In this document: piece after piece, positions 58,881-64,000 of the stretch
Layout of the letters: every line of letters begins with the position of its first letter
Position numbering within the stretch: the stretch's first letter is position 1
NCBI GenBank assembly: GCA_017656135.1
Contig: JACDOJ010000007.1
Location: 975-64,974, forward strand
From: Bacillota bacterium
GTDB taxonomy: Bacteria; Bacillota; UBA5301
Direction: 5' to 3'
Length of the DNA stretch: 64,000 bases
The notes under the pieces: generated by a model
Database searches by the model: none
Seen by the model: the letters and a program-made list of their open reading frames with translations, nothing else
What the model was told of the DNA's origin: nothing
Program-made: the position numbers and the translations under genes

Positions 58881-59810
58881 TTGACCCAAAAAGTAGCTCT
58901 CGTCGGAAACTACAACATTGATTTGATCATGGGAACTGTCCCCGAAATGCCGGCTTGGGGCACTGAAACCCTGATTGAAACAGTGCTTCCCAGGGTGGCC
59001 GGGGGAGCCGGAAACACCGCTCAGGCCTTGGGTTCTTTAGGAGTTTCTGCCCTGGCTGTAGGAGCGGTAGGCGATGACGCCTACGGCCAGGAAATCATCA
59101 AGACCCTAACCGGCCTGAACCTGGATGTTTCCCTCCTGAAGCAGGTCAAAGGATCTCAGACCGGCATTGGTTTCACCATTTTGAAAGAGGATGGGGAAAG
59201 GTCTTTCCTGACTTATCTGGGTGTACTTGCGGATTATCAGGATAGTGACCTCCTAGCCGCTCTGCCTAAAGTACAGGAAGCGGATATCGTCCTCTTTGCC
59301 GGGTACAATCTCCTGCCGGCCCTGACCACCTTCGGCCTTGAGAAGTTTTTCGCCGGGGTCAAAAAAGCCGGCGCCACCCTGCTCTTTGATACCGGGTGGG
59401 ATGTGAACGACTGGCGGGGTGATGCCATCGCCAAAGTCGAGAGGCTCCTACCCTACGTAGACATTTTCCTCCCCAACCTCGCTGAAGCTCGCGCCATCAG
59501 TCAAGTGGCTGGGGATTTGCCTGCCATTGGGCGCCGCCTGGTGGATCTGGGCACCAAATCTGTCGTTATCAAGCTGGGGCCTGAAGGGGCCGCCTACTAC
59601 GACAGGGAGAACGAAATCCTGGCAAAGGGGGTGAAGGTTAAAGCAGTAGATACTACAGGGGCTGGAGACTCCTTCAATGCAGGGGTAATCTACGGCCTGC
59701 TCAAGGAGTGGTCTCCAGATAAGTACCTGGATTTTGCCAACCGTTTGGCTGCCCACGTGATCCAAAGGCTGGAAGAGCGCTATCCCAGTTTGAGTCAACT
59801 CTTAGACTAA
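58881..59810 (+). CDS. PfkB-family carbohydrate/ketosamine kinase
   Basis: Ribokinase-like fold with the C-terminal DTTGAGDSF motif; TTG start. Confidence 0.75.
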   Translation: MTQKVALVGNYNIDLIMGTVPEMPAWGTETLIETVLPRVAGGAGNTAQALGSLGVSALAVGAVGDDAYGQEIIKTLTGLNLDVSLLKQVKGSQTGIGFTILKEDGERSFLTYLGVLADYQDSDLLAALPKVQEADIVLFAGYNLLPALTTFGLEKFFAGVKKAGATLLFDTGWDVNDWRGDAIAKVERLLPYVDIFLPNLAEARAISQVAGDLPAIGRRLVDLGTKSVVIKLGPEGAAYYDRENEILAKGVKVKAVDTTGAGDSFNAGVIYGLLKEWSPDKYLDFANRLAAHVIQRLEERYPSLSQLLD

Positions 59811-59823
59811 TCAGAGAAGAGGA

Positions 59824-61095
59824 GTGAACATGATGAAGACGAAGACTTTTCAGGTTCTGGTGGTCCTGGCCTTAGTTCTCAGCCTATCAATGGGAATGGC
59901 CTTAAGCGCTTCCGCTAAGACCATCCGGTTCCTGACCATGCAGCAGGCCGGAATGACCCCGGAAGAGTTTGACGCAGCCATCGCCGAATTCGAGAAGACA
60001 CACCCCGATATCGAAGTGGAAGCCAACTACGTCAGCTATGACTCCCTCCACAGCAAGCTGGTTACCTCCATCTCCGGTTTTAACCCGGCTTACGACGTGG
60101 TTCTGGTGGATGATATCTGGTTCCCGCAGTTTGCGAAAGCCGGCTGGCTCCTGGATGTCACCGACAGGATCACCCCGGAAATGAAGGAAGACATCTACGA
60201 GGCCGCCTGGCCCATCGTCACTTACAAAGGCCGTCAGTACGGACTACCTTACCTATTGGATCAGATGTATTTCTACTACAACGAAGAGATGCTGAAAAAG
60301 GCCGGCTTCGATGCTCCCCCGACTACCTGGGAGGAACTGGTTGAACAAGCCAAAGTGCTGAAAGAAAAGGGCATCGTCGAGTACCCAATTGTCTGGAGTT
60401 GGGGCCAGATCGAGGCTCTGATCTGCACTTGGGTACCTCTTCTCTACGGCAACGGCGGTGAATTCTTCACCGAGGACGGCAAACCGGTCTTCAACAGCCC
60501 TGAAGGTGTTGAAGCCCTAACCTGGATGGTTGACACCTTGAAATCCGGCATCTCCAACCCTGCCTCCATCACCTACGGCGAGGAAGATGTCCGGAGCACT
60601 TTCTCTCAGGGTAAAGCCGCCTTCGCCGTCAACTGGATCTACATGTATAACATGACCAATGATCCCGCCGAGTCCAATGTGGTCGGCAAAACCAGGATCA
60701 GTCTGATGCCGGCCTTCGAAGGCTCCGGTGTGAAGAGCGCCACCATCAACGGTTCCATGGGCTTTGCCGTAACCGCCCGGAGCAAATATAAAGAGGAGGC
60801 CTGGGAGCTGGTCAAGTTCCTGGTCAGCAAACAGATTCAGAAGAAGTACTCTGACCATATCACCCCCATCTGGAAGTCCCTGGCCCAGGATGAAACCCTC
60901 CGAGCCAAACAGCCTGTGACTCTGCCGGCTTTCGATGCGCAGTTCCCTTACGCTCACGTCCGGCCGAAAGTACCTGAGTACTTGGAGGTCTCCAAGATCG
61001 TCCAGCTGGCTATCCACAAGGCTCTGGCCGGTGAGAAGACCCCGCAGCAGGCTTTGGATGATGCAGTCGCTGAAATCAACAAGATCCTGAAGTAA
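59824..61095 (+). CDS. ABC transporter extracellular solute-binding protein (family 1, sugar)
   Basis: Signal peptide with a possible lipobox (LSLSMG..); SBP_bac_1 pattern. Confidence 0.8.
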   Translation: MNMMKTKTFQVLVVLALVLSLSMGMALSASAKTIRFLTMQQAGMTPEEFDAAIAEFEKTHPDIEVEANYVSYDSLHSKLVTSISGFNPAYDVVLVDDIWFPQFAKAGWLLDVTDRITPEMKEDIYEAAWPIVTYKGRQYGLPYLLDQMYFYYNEEMLKKAGFDAPPTTWEELVEQAKVLKEKGIVEYPIVWSWGQIEALICTWVPLLYGNGGEFFTEDGKPVFNSPEGVEALTWMVDTLKSGISNPASITYGEEDVRSTFSQGKAAFAVNWIYMYNMTNDPAESNVVGKTRISLMPAFEGSGVKSATINGSMGFAVTARSKYKEEAWELVKFLVSKQIQKKYSDHITPIWKSLAQDETLRAKQPVTLPAFDAQFPYAHVRPKVPEYLEVSKIVQLAIHKALAGEKTPQQALDDAVAEINKILK

Positions 61096-61153
61096 TTGCG
61101 GGCAGGCTGAATTCTCCCTCACCCGCAAAAACGGCTGAAGGTAGGTATGTAAC

Positions 61154-62062
61154 ATGAGTTACTTGACTCGCGTCTATCAAAAAATCGAAGCCAAGGAGAA
61201 TTTGGTAGCCTGGGTCCTGATTCTGCCGGCTGCGCTGATCATGGTAGCCGTCGTCGGCTATCCCATCGTCAGCAACATCTGGCTGAGCCTGCATGATGTC
61301 TCGTTGATGAATCCCTTTGAGCGCCCGTTCGTGGGGTTGGCAAACTACTTAGACTTCTTTGCCGACCCCACCTTTTGGGCGTCAGTTGGCCGCACCGCCT
61401 ACTTCACCGTGGTTTCAGTAAGCCTTGAGCTTATCCTGGGCATAGCCATTGCCATGCTCATCAACATGAAACTCAAGGGTTGGAAGTTCCTCAGAGCGGT
61501 GATCATCATCCCCTGGGCGGTGCCGACTGTGGTCAACGGCATCATGTGGAAGTGGATCTACAACGCCGACTACGGCGCGTTGAACGGCCTTTTGCAATCT
61601 CTGGGGCTCATCGACAAGTACCAGGCCTGGTTGGCCGATCCCTGGACAGCGATGAACCTGGTGATTTTGGCTGACATCTGGCACGTGACCCCGCTGGTGG
61701 TTCTGATCATCAGCGCCGCCTTGGCCGCACTTCCGGACAGCCTGTATGAAGCCGCGGTGATCGACGGAGCCACTAGCTGGCAGAGTTTCTGGCGGATAAC
61801 TTTGCCGCTGCTCCGCCCGGCCATCCTGGTCACTCTGGTTCTCAGGACCGTGGAAGCCTTCCGGGTCTTTGACATCATCTACGTCATCACAGGTGGAGGG
61901 CCTGCCAACGGCACTCAGGTCATCTCCTACCTGGCCTACCTGGAGTCTTTCAGCTACCTGAACCTGGGACGGGGCGCTGCACTTTCCTTTATTGTCTCTG
62001 CCTTTATCTTGGTACTCGCCATCGTCTACTACAAAGTTCTGTATACAGAGGATGTGGCCTAG
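61154..62062 (+). CDS. ABC sugar transporter permease (MalF/UgpA-like)
   Basis: Six TM; EAA-like loop motif region. Confidence 0.8.
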   Translation: MSYLTRVYQKIEAKENLVAWVLILPAALIMVAVVGYPIVSNIWLSLHDVSLMNPFERPFVGLANYLDFFADPTFWASVGRTAYFTVVSVSLELILGIAIAMLINMKLKGWKFLRAVIIIPWAVPTVVNGIMWKWIYNADYGALNGLLQSLGLIDKYQAWLADPWTAMNLVILADIWHVTPLVVLIISAALAALPDSLYEAAVIDGATSWQSFWRITLPLLRPAILVTLVLRTVEAFRVFDIIYVITGGGPANGTQVISYLAYLESFSYLNLGRGAALSFIVSAFILVLAIVYYKVLYTEDVA

Positions 62063-62920
62063 ATGAAGAAACACTCCCCCGCGATGAAAGTGTTCGGTTA
62101 TACCATGATGGTCTTGCTTTTGATCGCCATCTTCGCCCCCATCTATTGGCTGGTGGTTTCCAGTATCTCCACCCGGGCAGAGCTACTCAGTGTACCGATC
62201 AACTGGTTCCCGAAGGAACCCACCTTCCGGCACTACATTGATATCCTCTTCGCCGGAGAGGAAGCCTCCCGGACCGCCCGGATGTTCAAGTCCACTTTGG
62301 CCAACAGTTTCATTGTGGCCAGTACTGTAACCGTCTTAGGCCTTTTATTCGGCTCCTTGGCGGGCTACGGCTTCGGGCGGATGCGGTTCAAAGGGCGGAA
62401 AACCGGGCTGATGGTGATCATGGCTACCAGGATGCTTCCGGCCATCTCCATCATCATCCCCCTGTATTTGGTCTTTGGTAGCCTGCAGATGGTGGATACC
62501 AAGAGCGTGCTGATCCTCTTGTATCTCAGCTTCACCTTGCCCTTTACCATCTGGCTGATGGCCAGCTTCTTCCAATCCATCCCCAAGGAACTGGAGGAAG
62601 CGGCCAGGATCGACGGGTGCACCAGGATCGGCGCCCTCTTCAGGGTGATCTTCCCCCTGTCGCTGCCGGGCTTTGTGGCTACCGGGATCTTCACCTTCAT
62701 GATGGCCTGGGACGAGTTCTTCTTTGCTTTGATCTTTACCAGCACCTACAACGCCAAAACCGTGCCGGTGGCCATCGCCGAGTTCACCGGCAGACACGCC
62801 ATTGATTACACTGCCATGACCACCGGAGGTGTGCTGGCAGCGATTCCTCCGGTTGTCCTGGCCCTGATCTTCCAGAGGTTCATCGTCAAAGGCCTGACCT
62901 CAGGGGCCGTCAAAGGGTAA
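62063..62920 (+). CDS. ABC sugar transporter permease (MalG/UgpE-like)
   Basis: EAA motif EEAARIDGCTRIGALFRVIFPL. Confidence 0.8.
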   Translation: MKKHSPAMKVFGYTMMVLLLIAIFAPIYWLVVSSISTRAELLSVPINWFPKEPTFRHYIDILFAGEEASRTARMFKSTLANSFIVASTVTVLGLLFGSLAGYGFGRMRFKGRKTGLMVIMATRMLPAISIIIPLYLVFGSLQMVDTKSVLILLYLSFTLPFTIWLMASFFQSIPKELEEAARIDGCTRIGALFRVIFPLSLPGFVATGIFTFMMAWDEFFFALIFTSTYNAKTVPVAIAEFTGRHAIDYTAMTTGGVLAAIPPVVLALIFQRFIVKGLTSGAVKG

Positions 62921-62946
62921 ACCGGCTTTACAACAGTAAACGAACC

Positions 62947-62981
62947 AGGGAGGGGCAGAGAGCCTCTCCCTTTACTTTTTG
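62947..62981 (+). terminator. Rho-independent terminator after the ABC permease genes
   Basis: GGGAGGGGCAGAGAGCCTCTCCC hairpin followed by TTTACTTTTT. Confidence 0.6.
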
Positions 62982-63005
62982 TTCCAAGTCCGGCCGATTA
63001 TTCCC

Positions 63006-63602
63006 TTAACCTAGCTGGATAATTAAAGGCACAACGATGGGGACAAGCAGAGAAAGGACCACCCCGCTGACGAAAGCCAAAACCGCGGTCTCCGGGTCTG
63101 TGGCCCGGGTAATCAAAGGCAGGGTTACATCCATGGCAGCGGCCCCGCTGGGGGCTATGGCAGCCCAGTGCCCCAATTTCTTGGCCACCAAAGGGATTAT
63201 CACGATGGAAATGAGTTCTCGAAAGGTATTGGCCAAAAAGCCCACCGCTCCAAGCTTCGCACTGTGCAGTTGGGAGAGTAAGGGGCCGGTAAGGCTGTAC
63301 CAACCAAAACCGGCACCTACCGCCACCGCCTCAGTACTGGAGAAGGTGGAAAAAAAGGAGTAGAGATAGGTACCTGCCAAGCTCCCCACTGCTACTAACA
63401 GAGGTATGACCAGAGCGGTCACACCTTCTTTCCGCAGGCACGAGAGAACCTGTCTCTCCCGTCCCAGATCAATCCCTATACCGAAAATTAAGAGGCAGAG
63501 GGCGAAGGTGGTGATTCCGTCCAAACTGGAAACCAAGGATTCCGGCAGGAAAGGACCTGAAAAGATGCCCACCACCAGGGTAATCAGAATCAACCAAGTC
63601 AT
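63006..63602 (-). CDS. DUF340/LysO-family membrane protein (large component)
   Basis: Polytopic membrane protein resembling the YbjE/LysO lysine exporter family. Confidence 0.6.
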   Translation of the reverse strand: MTWLILITLVVGIFSGPFLPESLVSSLDGITTFALCLLIFGIGIDLGRERQVLSCLRKEGVTALVIPLLVAVGSLAGTYLYSFFSTFSSTEAVAVGAGFGWYSLTGPLLSQLHSAKLGAVGFLANTFRELISIVIIPLVAKKLGHWAAIAPSGAAAMDVTLPLITRATDPETAVLAFVSGVVLSLLVPIVVPLIIQLG

Positions 63603-63928
63603 GCCTCTTGTACCTCCTTGGTACTCTTCTGTGCTCTCCTCCGCCGTGCCTTACGCTGCTTTTCATAGACAAAAACCAAGAGGAGGCTTCCGGCAACCCC
63701 TGAAAGGGCCAGACCAATGGATTCCAAACCCAGACGGCTGATATCGGCCATGAGTTTCCGGTCACTACCTAATTTGGCACCTAAAGTGTAAATCAGCAGG
63801 ATAAGGGCACCTGTAGAAAGGTAGTGCAGCCGGTCCTGTACTAGCTTGGGAACCAAACCAAAAAGGCCGACTAGAAAGCCGGCCCCAAGTGCCAGAAAGA
63901 TTGTGGACAATGGGCTCTCCTCCGTCAA
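63599..63928 (-). CDS. DUF340-family membrane protein (small component)
   Basis: 109-aa, 3-TM protein overlapping the start of the larger DUF340 gene. Typical two-gene arrangement. Confidence 0.55.
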   Translation of the reverse strand: MTEESPLSTIFLALGAGFLVGLFGLVPKLVQDRLHYLSTGALILLIYTLGAKLGSDRKLMADISRLGLESIGLALSGVAGSLLLVFVYEKQRKARRRRAQKSTKEVQEA

Positions 63929-64000
63929 GTCAACAGTCTCTGCAGCATTCCCAGATAGACTTGGGCAGCAGCGATAACCTGGCTTTTCAGCCCGTATTCG

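Noticed and set aside
60517-62074. Minus-strand ORFs (212 and 219 aa) inside the ABC SBP/permease genes
   Set aside because: Shadow ORFs with Gly/Asp/His-rich composition. The sense genes have clear ABC transporter signatures.

Overview
This window comes from a moderately high-GC, spore-forming Firmicutes/Clostridia-type chromosome. The lineage call rests on spoIIE, a SHOCT protein, a DUF3794/SPOCS protein, the pyrBCKDFE operon order, a ftsH-tilS neighbourhood and PyrR-type attenuation. Gene density is very high and the genes form long co-directional operons.

Left half, mostly + strand:
- tRNA-Leu(CAG).
- A lysine (L-box) riboswitch with an intrinsic terminator in front of an NhaC-family (LysW-like) transporter.
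- A NodB-type polysaccharide deacetylase.
- A leuA-leuC-leuD-leuB-cimA operon. Leucine synthesis and citramalate-pathway isoleucine synthesis share LeuCD/LeuB.
- A feoB, Zn-ribbon, feoA operon.
- A PyrR-attenuated pyrB-pyrC-pyrK-pyrD-pyrF-pyrE operon.
- hsp20.

Middle, a long minus-strand block:
- A B12-binding radical SAM gene, a membrane protein, and ccsA flanked by two half-size ResB-like genes. This operon sits under an ~11-haem secreted multihaem cytochrome c.
- A DUF3794 protein, a signal-peptide beta-barrel-like protein and an HExxH protein.
- dinB, bioY, a continuous HPPK(FolK)-BirA fusion ORF, folB, folP, ftsH, tilS and spoIIE.

The most unusual locus spans about 39.6-44.9 kb on the minus strand. 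It contains three paralogous roughly 100-125 aa proteins that correspond to the C-terminal domain of F1Fo-ATP synthase delta/OSCP. They surround a ChlI-type AAA+ ATPase paired with a ChlD-like VWA/MIDAS protein, plus two tiny zinc-ribbon/DnaJ-zinc-finger proteins. I do not recognise this as any described system.

Further right:
- A 1007-aa FAD-oxidase/Fe-S (GlcD-GlcF-like) fusion with a methionine-rich C-terminal tail.
- A triple-HTH XRE regulator.
- nadE, trmL, a class-III aminotransferase and a subtilase.
- An AOR-family (tungsten-type) oxidoreductase with a Tat-exported 4-cluster ferredoxin subunit.
- An RpiR/SIS/PfkB-kinase/ABC (fructosamine-type) sugar locus.
- A DUF340 (LysO-like) pair.

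No CRISPR array, IS element or obvious prophage was seen.
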